DNA from: a candidate division WOR-3 bacterium UBA2258
GTDB lineage: Bacteria > Hydrothermota > Tepidihabitantia > Tepidihabitantales > Tepidihabitantaceae
DNA length: 64,000 bases
Direction of reading: 5' to 3'
Assembly: GCA_002347155.1 (NCBI GenBank)
Contig: DDXO01000120.1
Span: forward strand, 17,709-81,708
Made by a program: the position numbers and the translations under genes
In this document: positions 45,497 to 55,709 of the stretch, in pieces
Position numbering within the stretch: position 1 is the stretch's first letter
How the letters are laid out: the number at the start of each line of letters is the position of its first letter
Notes under the pieces: generated by a model
Told to the model about the DNA's origin: nothing
The model's input: the letters and a program-made list of their open reading frames with translations, nothing else
Databases searched by the model: none

Positions 45497-45708
45497 GTAG
45501 GAACGCCCGCCCTATTCGAGACGCACCGTCATTGGCCCAGACGGGAACAATGCCGCAGGCAGTGCTTCCTCGTCTGGCAGAAGGAGCGCAGTGAAAGGGC
45601 AACGTTGCGCATACCGTGACCGAATGCCGTTCAAACCGCGATCGTACGCGGTCTGCCCGCCAAAAAGAGGGCAAGTGTTTTCTATGGGCACGTCTCGGGC
45701 ACGTCCTG

Positions 45709-46794
45709 TCATTGATGGTCCACTTGCTGCGAACCAAGCGATGCGACATCCTCCGTTGCAGCCGTCGGTTCGGAATGCTCAGGAGGCCAACCACTGTGAT
45801 GCAGTCTACCTCGTCTCAGAAGAGCAAAGAGCTTCCCCGGTGGGGTCAGATATTCGTATGCCGGGATGTCGAGCCTTGCGTAGCCAAAACCCTTCTTGAA
45901 GTGATTCAGAGCCGGATCCTGGGTAGCGAAGTCACCGTAGACGATCCTCCGGCATTTCAGAGCATTGAGCCAAGCCTCCGTCGCGGAGTAGACGAGCGCG
46001 TCATTGGGGTGGAATCGCAGGGCCTCTGTAAGGCTCTTCGCAGCGTTGAGCGTCATGACGTCACCAACCAAGTACGCGTGAATGTACGCGATCAGACGCC
46101 CATCCTGGTAGGCTCCCCACCATTCGCGTCCCGGCAGGTCGAACAGGGCAAGCATGTTCCGTTTCCACGTGTTGAAAGACGTCACATAGTACTCCTCGGG
46201 AAGACCGACTCCAGTCCGACGGCGCGTAGCTATGTTGATAGCCTGGAGTTCTTGGATGATGGCCCTCAAGTCGTCGATGCGGCGGATCTCACACTCCTTA
46301 AGGCCTCTGCGGATATGATTTCTCGTATTCCTCGAGGTGAGCTCGCTGATCGTGTACGGCGCTGCGTCTCCTCGACGGTCCAGTGCCATGACTGATCGGG
46401 CAGCATTCGCGTGATGTCCGCCCGGAACGACATGCACATAGCCAGCAAGGGCGCGCCGAGGGGATGGTGTCGCTGAGTCGGGAACCACCTCCTGGAATTC
46501 GTAGGCCGGTCTGTAGTAGAATGGAGCTCTCTCTCGCCACCATACCCCATCATTCCGGTGAATCCTCAACCCAAGGCGGATCTCTTGCTCACAGAATTCT
46601 TCAACTGTCAACGTTGCAGTTCCTCGGACGGGTTCGGTTCTGTCCCACGCAACCTTGCGAGCAACCATGCAAGCCTCAGGTTTGCGCAGGCGTTGCGGTA
46701 GAAGTCCCCCTTCTCGAAACGCCATCCCTTTCCCTCGCGTGACCAACGGCCCATCGCGTCGTTGGGTGGCAGTATCTTGGCGCCGACCAAGCAC
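45709..46794 (-). CDS. GNAT/FemAB-like protein (start uncertain)
   Basis: Coding-like. Overlaps the upstream ATP-grasp ORF by 187 nt, so the start is probably internal. Confidence 0.4.
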   Translation of the reverse strand: MLGRRQDTATQRRDGPLVTRGKGMAFREGGLLPQRLRKPEACMVARKVAWDRTEPVRGTATLTVEEFCEQEIRLGLRIHRNDGVWWRERAPFYYRPAYEFQEVVPDSATPSPRRALAGYVHVVPGGHHANAARSVMALDRRGDAAPYTISELTSRNTRNHIRRGLKECEIRRIDDLRAIIQELQAINIATRRRTGVGLPEEYYVTSFNTWKRNMLALFDLPGREWWGAYQDGRLIAYIHAYLVGDVMTLNAAKSLTEALRFHPNDALVYSATEAWLNALKCRRIVYGDFATQDPALNHFKKGFGYARLDIPAYEYLTPPGKLFALLRRGRLHHSGWPPEHSEPTAATEDVASLGSQQVDHQ

Positions 46795-47708
46795 TGCAAC
46801 TCGTTTACCAGATACCCCTTTTCGCTGATCCCAATGCTATCTTCAAAGACATCGACCGCCATGCACCTGAACCCTCCAATATCGGTCACTTCTTCCACAA
46901 AGTCCAGCAGTCTAGAGGGCGGCACTGCATATTCTATTTCTCCCGAACCGCTTGCGAACTCACCAACCTTCCGCTTCCTTCTGCAGAGGTAGTCGTCTCC
47001 CACCCTGACCACACGCCATTCACACGAGTGGGAAATGTACGTCTGGAATATCACGTACCCTTGCTGCTTCTCTGGCGTCCTCGTGGTGCGCAGCCCCAGC
47101 CCCCTTCCGAACGCCCTGTGCACGACTCGTCGCGCCGCTCGCTTGTTCCTCAATACAAAGACACCACTGGACGCGGCTCCACTGTCAGTCTTGCAGATTA
47201 GTGGATAGCTCGAGCTCGCACAGAACCGTAGCGCGGCAGCCCGGTCGAAGAACACGTGGGTTGGAGCGTGGGGCACACACTTCGCGTCAAGCCAATCGTG
47301 AGTCCGCCTTTTGCTGTACTGCAGCCATATCTCGTGCGCCGCCGGGACGCTGGGCTTGCCGGTGATCTGCGTTAGCAGGCTGATTCTGTCTTCGGTAGCC
47401 GACCTCAAACCGCTGAGGAAAAACGTGGGCCAGACCAGAAATGCAGAACATCCTATTGCCCCGATCCGCTCGGCCCAGTCATCCGCTAGCAGATCAAGCG
47501 TCTCGTAGGGAACTCCCAAGTCCCGGCATGCGAGTACATTGTAGACGTAGAAGTATGCGCGATCCTTGACTATGCACATCCGATACTGTACACCCCGGCC
47601 TACCCCCTCGTCAGGTATGGCCCCTCCGTAGAGTGCCTCAGAGTAGAGGCGGCACTGGGCGAGCCGCCGGTCGATTGTCGCGATGTACGGGCGCAGGAGC
47701 GACTTCAA
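46608..47708 (-). CDS. ATP-grasp domain protein
   Basis: PLICKTDSGAASSGVFVL...EWRVVRVGDDY is ATP-grasp-like. Confidence 0.7.
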   Translation of the reverse strand: MKSLLRPYIATIDRRLAQCRLYSEALYGGAIPDEGVGRGVQYRMCIVKDRAYFYVYNVLACRDLGVPYETLDLLADDWAERIGAIGCSAFLVWPTFFLSGLRSATEDRISLLTQITGKPSVPAAHEIWLQYSKRRTHDWLDAKCVPHAPTHVFFDRAAALRFCASSSYPLICKTDSGAASSGVFVLRNKRAARRVVHRAFGRGLGLRTTRTPEKQQGYVIFQTYISHSCEWRVVRVGDDYLCRRKRKVGEFASGSGEIEYAVPPSRLLDFVEEVTDIGGFRCMAVDVFEDSIGISEKGYLVNELQCLVGAKILPPNDAMGRWSREGKGWRFEKGDFYRNACANLRLAWLLARLRGTEPNPSEELQR

Positions 47709-47733
47709 CGTTGTTGGCAGGAGGTTGCTGACG

Positions 47734-49548
47734 TCAGAGATGAGAAGCCCCCTGAAATACCATGGGTGGATCTGGGACTCGAAGGCCCTCCACGCTGTCG
47801 CTGAACACGTAGAAGAAGTAGGCCAGATACAGAATTCTGTCTCGGTGATTGGGGCTCAGGACCAATCTGTCCCACAAGATGGGCAGTCCAAACTGAACGA
47901 GGAGCTGAATGCTCCAGGCGAGAGCGCTTCTGGTCAGGTCGTCGACGAGGGCAGGACTCTGCAAACGACGCCTGATCGCGAAGTGCATATCGCCGTATGC
48001 GATGCGGAGACGCTCGGGTATAGCCGAGATAGCGCAATCAGCGACCCGCTTGAACATGGGCACCGTGTCAAAGCTATGGCCGTAACAGCTGTTCACTTTG
48101 GCAAGACCGGGGTCGATCTTCCTGATCATTTCAGCCTCAAAACAACCGCCGTAGCCTATGTGTGGATTGGCGCCCAAAGCAGACCGCGACACTTCTGAAT
48201 CGGCGAAGGGCATGAGCGAGAAGGAGATCGCATTCTCAGCGCACAGTTTGGGGCCTGCGCTGTACGGCAGCCAGACATCCCGGTACAATAGCCGTGCGAC
48301 GCTCCGGTCGAAGTGGCGCAACTGACGGGCACTCCGACCCAGCACTGCAGCGTATTTTACCGCGAGGCGGTCTCGTAGCAGGGTCAGGTCACGGGCACCT
48401 GCCAGAGCTGCCACGGAATCCGGAGTCAGCACATAGTACAGCAGCCACTCGCCGAAATCGATCCTTCCGGCCCTGAGATGCTCGCGGTTTCTGTAGAGTT
48501 CGCCCCCGAGTCCGTTGAGACTCAGGCCAGACGAACCGAGCGCCCTGATACGTACCTCTCGAGCGTGCACGTCGTTGAAGCTACCCATCGTCATGTTCGT
48601 CCGGCCGTCCCACAAGTACAGGGCGTCGTTCATGTTGACCCTACGAGCGAGGTAGTCAAGCTCCCGCCAGGCTCGGACAGGCACGTGGACAAGCCCGATG
48701 CCCGCGTGCTTCGCCAGCTCCTCGGCGACCGATGACTCGCGTGCGTGCTTGCTGCTGCTATAGGTGTAGACCGAAACTGACAGCCCTGCGTCTCTGGCCA
48801 GCAGCAGCAGCAGACGACTATCATAGCCTCCGGAGACACCCAGGCTTAAACCCATCTCGCCTGACAGCGCGCGGATACGATGGAAGTACTCGCGGAGCAC
48901 TGTCAACTGTTGCTCCACGCACTCGGTGAAGGTGCTGTGACGCGCCCCGGGGTCGGCAGGCGGCGGACGGATAGCCATGAAATCGGCTATAGGAGACCTG
49001 AATTCCTTCTGCTTCTCCTGTGTCAACAGCACGATGTCCTTGAAGAGCGTGTCAGGGCCGGTGACGCTCCCTGTCAGGAGTTGCTCGGTCAGTGCGTCTC
49101 TGTCAACCGGATGCCTGATGCCATCCGCCACCAGAACCGCTTGGAGCGAGTTCGAGATGACTGTGCCGTCGGCGTTCGAGAAGATGTGATACAGACCAGA
49201 GGAATCAGTCATCAAGGAGACCCTCGACCCATCGAAGAAGAGGAGGCAGTAGAATCCGACCAACTCGTCCCGGAGGACACGCCGCGATTCCCAATCTTTC
49301 AGCAGCTCCGTCATGCCCTGGGCATAGCCTAGGCCCTTGTAGACAGGCGTGCCGGTGCAGCACAGCCTGCGGCCTGATTCAGCTTCAAACCAGTTCCGGA
49401 CCGGGTTCAACTGCTTGGGATAGAGCAATAGCCTGGCAGCGCCGAGAGAGCACTCTGCCGGCTCGGAAAACCCCTTACGCCGAAATACAGTGCGCGTCCG
49501 AGCCATATGTGGCGCATGAGACTCATGAAAAAGCACGAAGGCTCCCAT
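47734..49548 (-). CDS. asparagine synthetase (AsnB)-like amidotransferase lacking N-terminal catalytic Cys
   Basis: PP-loop LGVSGGYDSRLLLLL. Start refined to ATG 49548, 2 nt after the upstream stop. No Cys2 (begins MGAFVLFHE...). Confidence 0.75.
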   Translation of the reverse strand: MGAFVLFHESHAPHMARTRTVFRRKGFSEPAECSLGAARLLLYPKQLNPVRNWFEAESGRRLCCTGTPVYKGLGYAQGMTELLKDWESRRVLRDELVGFYCLLFFDGSRVSLMTDSSGLYHIFSNADGTVISNSLQAVLVADGIRHPVDRDALTEQLLTGSVTGPDTLFKDIVLLTQEKQKEFRSPIADFMAIRPPPADPGARHSTFTECVEQQLTVLREYFHRIRALSGEMGLSLGVSGGYDSRLLLLLARDAGLSVSVYTYSSSKHARESSVAEELAKHAGIGLVHVPVRAWRELDYLARRVNMNDALYLWDGRTNMTMGSFNDVHAREVRIRALGSSGLSLNGLGGELYRNREHLRAGRIDFGEWLLYYVLTPDSVAALAGARDLTLLRDRLAVKYAAVLGRSARQLRHFDRSVARLLYRDVWLPYSAGPKLCAENAISFSLMPFADSEVSRSALGANPHIGYGGCFEAEMIRKIDPGLAKVNSCYGHSFDTVPMFKRVADCAISAIPERLRIAYGDMHFAIRRRLQSPALVDDLTRSALAWSIQLLVQFGLPILWDRLVLSPNHRDRILYLAYFFYVFSDSVEGLRVPDPPMVFQGASHL

Positions 49549-49550
49549 GT

Positions 49551-50906
49551 TTAGAATGAAGTCCGGTAGGCACGGGGTACTGAGACCGGTTGTAAGGAAG
49601 CCCCGCCTCTCATCGTCCTGCTTTCGGCAGGACGAAAATCGCGCAGCTCCTGCTCCAGTGCGCATGCGTGCCCCACCAACACACCAATAACATACATATG
49701 GAGCGGATTCAGGAAGTTCGGCGTCCCCAGCCCGAGTACCAGCAGCGAGAGAATCGCTGCCTGGTACAAGCCGGCCATGTAGCGGGACGTCGGGTCCGGG
49801 TGCGACGCCAGCACCCGTCGCAGCCTGCTCCACAGAACGAGGTAGATGGAGAAGTAGAGCAGAAAGCCCACAATACCGGTCGTTGCCAGCACTTCCATCA
49901 AGTCGGAGTGCGCGTACTGGCCGGTCGAGGAGTGAGCCACGAAGTTGCCGAGCCCCACGCCCTGGATGGGCGACTGCACGAACATCTCCCAGCCCTCGGC
50001 GTATAGGTTGTAGCGGACTCTGCTACCGTAGCGGTCGCCGGATGCCTGGCGGAACCTCTCGCCCACCCGCGTACTCTCCACAACGAAGCGACCGGCCACG
50101 TACAGCGCGGCGACCACCGTGAGCAGCAACAGCACTGAGCGTACTCTGGAGTTTTTTGCTCTGCCGTAAGTGAGAAGTGCCCACATCAATGCGAAGACAC
50201 CGACCACCAAGAGGTTCTTTCGCGACCCTGAAGCCACCAGCGAACTGGCGATGAAAGGCAGCGCCAGCAGAGGCCAGAACACGAGTCCCTGCTTCTTGCG
50301 ATTCCACAGAAAGTAAGCCACACTGAATGCCCCGTACAGACAAAGAGTCGCTACTGCGTTCGAGTTTGCCAGGAAGGACGTCATGCGCCAGCTACCACCT
50401 CTGCCGCCTTCCTGCGCGGTGGCCAGTTGCCCGGTGCTGCGGGCATACCAAAACAGGCAGAGGGGCACGACCAGCAGCAGGAGGAAGACGAAGGTCGGCG
50501 TCCCGCGTTCGCGGACGTATTGGGCAAGGGCGAACGCGAGGACCAACTCCTGTGACAGTAGTTTGGCGTAGCCCACAACCAGACTCTGGTTTGTGGCGAG
50601 CAGAAAGCCGGTCAGGGCGCCCCAGGCAACGAATGCGACGTACAGGACGACCTCGGTCGGAATTCGGTCCCCGCGTCGCAGCCAACTGCTGACCGCGAGC
50701 AACCCCAGAACTCCCCCCAGCACGCGGTTGTACGGAGACAGCCACGGGTACAGGTCAATCAACAGCAGACCCGCGAGGAACAACGCCGAGGTGACCTCAA
50801 ACAGCCGGAGCCAGACTCTGGAACCGCGCCTGGCAGCCTGCGCACCGTACGCGAGGGTGGTGGCTGCTCCGGGGAACTCACTGACCGGCCGAACCTGGGC
50901 AATCAC
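49551..50906 (-). CDS. O-antigen ligase/polymerase (Wzy/WaaL-like) family membrane protein
   Basis: ~10 TM segments with a large loop ...HSSTGQYAHSDLMEVLATTGIVGF. Confidence 0.6.
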   Translation of the reverse strand: MIAQVRPVSEFPGAATTLAYGAQAARRGSRVWLRLFEVTSALFLAGLLLIDLYPWLSPYNRVLGGVLGLLAVSSWLRRGDRIPTEVVLYVAFVAWGALTGFLLATNQSLVVGYAKLLSQELVLAFALAQYVRERGTPTFVFLLLLVVPLCLFWYARSTGQLATAQEGGRGGSWRMTSFLANSNAVATLCLYGAFSVAYFLWNRKKQGLVFWPLLALPFIASSLVASGSRKNLLVVGVFALMWALLTYGRAKNSRVRSVLLLLTVVAALYVAGRFVVESTRVGERFRQASGDRYGSRVRYNLYAEGWEMFVQSPIQGVGLGNFVAHSSTGQYAHSDLMEVLATTGIVGFLLYFSIYLVLWSRLRRVLASHPDPTSRYMAGLYQAAILSLLVLGLGTPNFLNPLHMYVIGVLVGHACALEQELRDFRPAESRTMRGGASLQPVSVPRAYRTSF

Positions 50907-50976
50907 AGTCGAGTCCTCACTGATATCCCTGAATCCGATATAGGAGTTGGCCTAAGAAGCCCGCGTCTGACGTTGC

Positions 50977-51003
50977 ACCACAAAGACACAAAGGCACAAA
51001 AAG
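50977..51003. repeat. (ACAAAG)n-type microsatellite in intergenic spacer
   Basis: accacaaagacacaaaggcacaaaaag. Confidence 0.5.
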
Positions 51004-51100
51004 GGTGGGAACCTCAGATGATTCTCTCTGCCTGGTGTCTTGGTGGTTCAGTATCCGTTTAGGCGTAATGTCCTCTCCTGATGCCTGCGAAAGCCCCGTA

Positions 51101-52342
51101 TCATAACTCCGATTCCTTCGGCTCCTCGGTCTTGATCCCCATGACGCTCAGGTAGAAGTCCTTGAGGCGGTGGCAGTAGGACTCAAAGCCAAACAAACGT
51201 GCACGGTCCCGTGCTGCAGCGCTCATCTTCGCATGCAGTGACGGGTCGGCGATGAGCCGCCCGACCGCCCGAGTTGCCTCGCCGACGTCATCCGCCGGAA
51301 CAAGGAAACCGGTCTCTCCTTCCGTGACGACGGCATCGGTTATCCCCGGAAGGTTCGTTGCCACCGTCGGCAGCCCGGCCGCGGCCGCCTCAACCAACAC
51401 ATTGCCGAGACCTTCCATCCGGGTCAGGAATACGAAGATGTCGGCGGCGCTGTAGTAGCCGACAAGCTCTCGCTCGTCGGCGACTAGGCCGGTCCAGATG
51501 ACCCGGTCGGAAATGCGAGCTTCATGTAGCTTCCGTCGCTGCTCCGCTACGTACGAAACGTCGAACCTGGGTGCCGCGGTCTTGTCGTTCGCTCCCACCA
51601 GAAGGAGCCAAGTGCGCGGGTACTGCTGAGCAACCCTGATGTAGCTCTCGACAAGGGTATCAAGACCCTTGCGCCTGGTGGCGGAGCCAGCGAACAGCAG
51701 AACCCGGTCATCTGGAGGAATCCGGTATCGCGCTCTCATGGCGGCCCGCAGGCTCTCGTTCCGGCCTGCCTCCAAGTCGGACATCACCAGGAAGTTCGGG
51801 AGACAAAGGACGTTGGTGATGCCGTGTTCCCGGCAATCATCGGTCAACCCCGGGGACAGGGCGATGACCCCATCGAACCGACGATAGAGGTCCAAACCCA
51901 GCGCGCCTCTGCGTTTGGCAATCTCGCCCGGGTTATCAGATTCGTACAGACTCGTCGTGTAGACTGCCTTCTTCCCGAGTCGGTGAAGAACCACAGGACT
52001 GAGCAACTCGAACCATGAGAGCGTGTGAAAGTGCGCGATGTCGAACTCGTTTCGCCGGAACACGAAACTCGTCAGCCGACGGACCGCTGACCAAAGCAGG
52101 CCGAGGCGGCCTAGTATTCTGCCGCCGGTCCACAGTCTACTTCCCTCCGGGAGTTGATACTTAAGGTTCCCGCTGTTCATGTTCACCGGCTTCAGTTCCG
52201 TCCCCCACAAGCCAAGGGTAACGTCCGGGTCCTGCCAGCCACTAAGCAACGTGTAAAGCCAGCGGGTCTGGCCGCTGAAATGCCGTCCGAACGTGCTACG
52301 CACGACGTGCACAACCCGGATCGGCCGGTTGGCGCCTGCCAT
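51101..52342 (-). CDS. glycosyltransferase family 4
   Basis: MEGLGNVLVEAAAAGLPTVATNLPGITDAVV. Confidence 0.85.
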   Translation of the reverse strand: MAGANRPIRVVHVVRSTFGRHFSGQTRWLYTLLSGWQDPDVTLGLWGTELKPVNMNSGNLKYQLPEGSRLWTGGRILGRLGLLWSAVRRLTSFVFRRNEFDIAHFHTLSWFELLSPVVLHRLGKKAVYTTSLYESDNPGEIAKRRGALGLDLYRRFDGVIALSPGLTDDCREHGITNVLCLPNFLVMSDLEAGRNESLRAAMRARYRIPPDDRVLLFAGSATRRKGLDTLVESYIRVAQQYPRTWLLLVGANDKTAAPRFDVSYVAEQRRKLHEARISDRVIWTGLVADERELVGYYSAADIFVFLTRMEGLGNVLVEAAAAGLPTVATNLPGITDAVVTEGETGFLVPADDVGEATRAVGRLIADPSLHAKMSAAARDRARLFGFESYCHRLKDFYLSVMGIKTEEPKESEL

Positions 52343-52596
52343 CCTCTAGAACATCCCTCGACAGCCGTCCCTGCGCTGTTCGGCAGCGGCAGCCGTGGCC
52401 AAGACGGAGAGCAACGGACTCACGGTTTCCACGTCCATCTCTTTCGTGTCTCCGTGGCTCGGAAACCGGTTCCGGACCCGCCCGGGCACCGACAATCGAG
52501 CGTACTCATAGGCTATACTATAGTATCTGCCTGTGTCCGTGCAACCACTGCCTGCCGGCGAGTTCGAAACCGCGCGCCCGAAACACTCGTACGGGC

Positions 52597-53559
52597 CTAC
52601 TCATGGCACCCGGCCAGGTTCCGCATCGCATGCCTTGCCGCCTTGAGCCGCGCCGGCCAGCCGGGTGGGAGCAGTGTCTGCAGCATCAACCGCCGCCAGC
52701 CCCGTGCATACTTCCGAGTACCGCGGCAGCTCAGCAGGAGCTGACGTGCATAACGCGGGTTTCCTATTCTGATATTCGTGGAGGCAATCTCAGTCTGGAA
52801 GTGCGCGATGAACTCAAACGCATCCTGCCGCTGTTCCGGCGTAACAAGTCCGCTCTTCAGAGCCTCCCGGACGACTCCGACAAAGCAGTACTCGCTCTGT
52901 GGTTGGCCCAGCGCGTTGGTCCGGTTCTCCGCCTCCTTGTGGTAGACGGCTCCGACCTGCGTACTCAGACACATCCGGTACTTCAGCGCGATCCTGGTCC
53001 ACATGTCAATGTCCTCGCCGTGCGCCACTCCCACCGGGAACAACCCCACGTCGTCAAAGACGTACCTCGGTACGGCGACTGCTGAAGCGCAGACCGGATA
53101 TGTAGGTGCAGAACGAAAGTAGTTGGGAATGAGCCCCTCCCAAGGGAACGCCGGAATTCCGTCGCAGACGTGAGTCCAACGCTTGCCCCCGGTCGCCACT
53201 AGATTAACAGCCTGAGCATAGGCACCGCACGCGGGGTATACCGCCGTCAGGCGTGCTATGGTGGCCAGAAAGCCAGGTAACCACTCGTCATCTGCGTCGA
53301 GGAAGGCTATCAGGTCGGACTGCGCCTCGTCAATACCCCGGTTCCGCGCGGCACTCACGCCCTGGTTCTCTTGCCGTATGAGTCTGACTCCTCTCTTGGC
53401 GTAGCCAGCAGCGATGTCGCCGCCCCCATCAGTGGAACCGTCATCAACCACGATAGCCTCGATGGCCGGCACCGTCTGCGCGAGGACGGACTCTAGCGCC
53501 CGAGCCACGTAAGGGGCCTTGTTATAGAGAGGAATGACGGCTGATATCACGAGTCCCAT
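52597..53559 (-). CDS. glycosyltransferase family 2
   Basis: ISAVIPLYNKAPYVARALESVLAQT...VVDDGSTDGG. Confidence 0.85.
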   Translation of the reverse strand: MGLVISAVIPLYNKAPYVARALESVLAQTVPAIEAIVVDDGSTDGGGDIAAGYAKRGVRLIRQENQGVSAARNRGIDEAQSDLIAFLDADDEWLPGFLATIARLTAVYPACGAYAQAVNLVATGGKRWTHVCDGIPAFPWEGLIPNYFRSAPTYPVCASAVAVPRYVFDDVGLFPVGVAHGEDIDMWTRIALKYRMCLSTQVGAVYHKEAENRTNALGQPQSEYCFVGVVREALKSGLVTPEQRQDAFEFIAHFQTEIASTNIRIGNPRYARQLLLSCRGTRKYARGWRRLMLQTLLPPGWPARLKAARHAMRNLAGCHE

Positions 53560-53571
53560 CGGCCTAACAGA

Positions 53572-54672
53572 TCACGTCCTAGACAGAACGCTCTCCAGCG
53601 CCTTGCTGACGCTCTCCAGGATTTTCACAGCCCTGACAACAGCTCCGACCGGACGACGCGTCCCGCGCTTTGACGCCCCAAGCAAGTACAGCTTCTGCTC
53701 GAGCGTAAGACCCCCACTAACCTCCTGCAGTTTCCGCGCTGCCTTGTAGGCAAGTTCAGCATCGCCTACTTTGAAGGCCAATCTGAGCAGATTGACGTTG
53801 CGCGACTGGTGAATCCTCTGAACCACATCGACTGAACAACGGTATTTCCTTGCCAGGTGCAGCGACAGTTTGTAGCCGGAGGTCGCAAAGCGTATCTGCC
53901 TTCCAGCGTCTCTTGAATGGGCAAGCGATTCCGGCAGGATGTTGTGGGTTGCCAGCGATTCGTCGAGAAACCCGACCCTCGCTGCTCTTGCTGCCTCAAG
54001 CCAAGTCTGTGAGTCTGTCATCGGGAACTCATCGGTGTAGTTGTCCGGGCTGTTTTCGCGTATCGCACGATACAGGCTCCGTCTCATGCAGACCGTGCAC
54101 GCATGAGGATGGGGATACCTGTAGGTAAGCATCCTGGTGAAGACATCGTTCTGGTCGCTTTCGGCGGCGGGTTTGGGTCGCCAGCGCAGTCGGCGCCCGG
54201 TCTCGACGTAATATACATCCGCCCCGCTGTGCACGAACCCCACTTCCGGGTGTGCCTCAAGGTAGTCCGTCTGCTTCTGCAGTTTGTGCGGGTGATGCCA
54301 ATAGTCGTCGCCTTCGCAATAGGCAACGTACCTCCCCCGGCAGGCTGCGTCGGTGCGCAGCTCGTTCGCGCTGGGGCCGACGTTGCGCTCGCCCGTGATG
54401 ACACGGATGGTCTCCGGGTACTTTTTCTGAAACTCCAGCGCAATCTCACGCGTCCGGTCGGTTGAGCAGTCCTCGCCGATTACCAGCTCGAACGGGAAGT
54501 CTGTCTGCTGCATCAGCACGCCTTCTATCGCCTGTGCGATGTAGGGCTCATGATTATAGGTAATCATGTGAACGCTGACCAGCGGGTCCTTACTCATGAC
54601 GGCAGGGGCACTGACCTCGATATGGGGAGATATGTCGAGCTTGGGCGATACCGTGCTGGGTTCCGTTCTCAT
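53572..54672 (-). CDS. glycosyltransferase family 2
   Basis: VSVHMITYNHEPYIAQAIEGVLMQQTDFPFELVIGEDCSTD. Confidence 0.85.
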   Translation of the reverse strand: MRTEPSTVSPKLDISPHIEVSAPAVMSKDPLVSVHMITYNHEPYIAQAIEGVLMQQTDFPFELVIGEDCSTDRTREIALEFQKKYPETIRVITGERNVGPSANELRTDAACRGRYVAYCEGDDYWHHPHKLQKQTDYLEAHPEVGFVHSGADVYYVETGRRLRWRPKPAAESDQNDVFTRMLTYRYPHPHACTVCMRRSLYRAIRENSPDNYTDEFPMTDSQTWLEAARAARVGFLDESLATHNILPESLAHSRDAGRQIRFATSGYKLSLHLARKYRCSVDVVQRIHQSRNVNLLRLAFKVGDAELAYKAARKLQEVSGGLTLEQKLYLLGASKRGTRRPVGAVVRAVKILESVSKALESVLSRT

Positions 54673-55691
54673 TTGTGGCTCAACCTCGCAACCAAGTCTC
54701 CCAGGTACGCCCGGGCCATGCGTCGGGCCAAGTTTGACCTGCCGGGGGCTGAACCCTCCGGCCTATCAGCACACATCCGATTGACCATGAACTCCCTATC
54801 CCGGTGGATGCCCTTCGTATCGAAGAACATGCCAACACACGCATGTCTCCTGCGAAGCTCTTGCAGCATATCCCTCGAAACCCCGTCCGCAGAGAAAGGG
54901 AATGCAAATGGGACCTGGGGCGTCCCCGATAGAGGCGCTATCGCTTTGCACGACCCAACTATGTCTCTCTCCACCTCCACATCAGACATCGAACCGAACT
55001 CCTGGTGTCCGAGAGAATGCGCACCAATGGTGAAGCCATCCCGAACAAGGCCAAGTATCTCATCAGCCGACATGTAGGGGCGGCGTTTCGCCAGGTACCC
55101 CGGCACGTCGATATCCAACAACTGGCAGAGGTAATCTACTGCGGAATGGTCACGAGCAGCGACCGATACTGTCCAACGTATCAAGTCCAGCCTACTGCTC
55201 AGCTCCGTGTCAAAATGGTCACTAACAGATTCCACCACGTCCGACAGGACGCTGTCCTCTAAGGACGCAACCGCGTCGACGCACAAGGATGCTTTGTGGT
55301 CGGTGCCCATTTTGCGGTTCCCGATGTAGTCAATTGTAATGAAGAAAGTGCACGGGATGCCGTATCTAAGCAGGAGTGGTCTGGCAACAGAGTAGCATTC
55401 AGCGAGGCCATCGTCAAAGGTCAGGATGGCCGACCTGGGCTTGAGTCGCTGCCCCCGGTTGTGGTGTTCTACCAGTTGCCCGTACGTGATCGGATTGAAA
55501 TTCGCGACAAGGTACTTCAGATCATTCTCGAACATCCTCGCGGACTTGTAGGGATACAGATGACGGATGTGCGGCAGGGGTTCATCCGAGACGACATGGT
55601 AGTAGAAACCCAGCACATCCCGCTTGGTGACCACCCTCCACAGAGACAGAGGCGCACTTGTCGCCATCCTCTCTATGAACCGTCCCAGCAT
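54669..55691 (-). CDS. polysaccharide deacetylase (CE4/NodB)
   Basis: ILTFDDGLAECY...IPCTFFIT. Confidence 0.8.
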   Translation of the reverse strand: MLGRFIERMATSAPLSLWRVVTKRDVLGFYYHVVSDEPLPHIRHLYPYKSARMFENDLKYLVANFNPITYGQLVEHHNRGQRLKPRSAILTFDDGLAECYSVARPLLLRYGIPCTFFITIDYIGNRKMGTDHKASLCVDAVASLEDSVLSDVVESVSDHFDTELSSRLDLIRWTVSVAARDHSAVDYLCQLLDIDVPGYLAKRRPYMSADEILGLVRDGFTIGAHSLGHQEFGSMSDVEVERDIVGSCKAIAPLSGTPQVPFAFPFSADGVSRDMLQELRRRHACVGMFFDTKGIHRDREFMVNRMCADRPEGSAPGRSNLARRMARAYLGDLVARLSHK

Positions 55692-55709
55692 GTCAATGGG
55701 ATACCAGGA

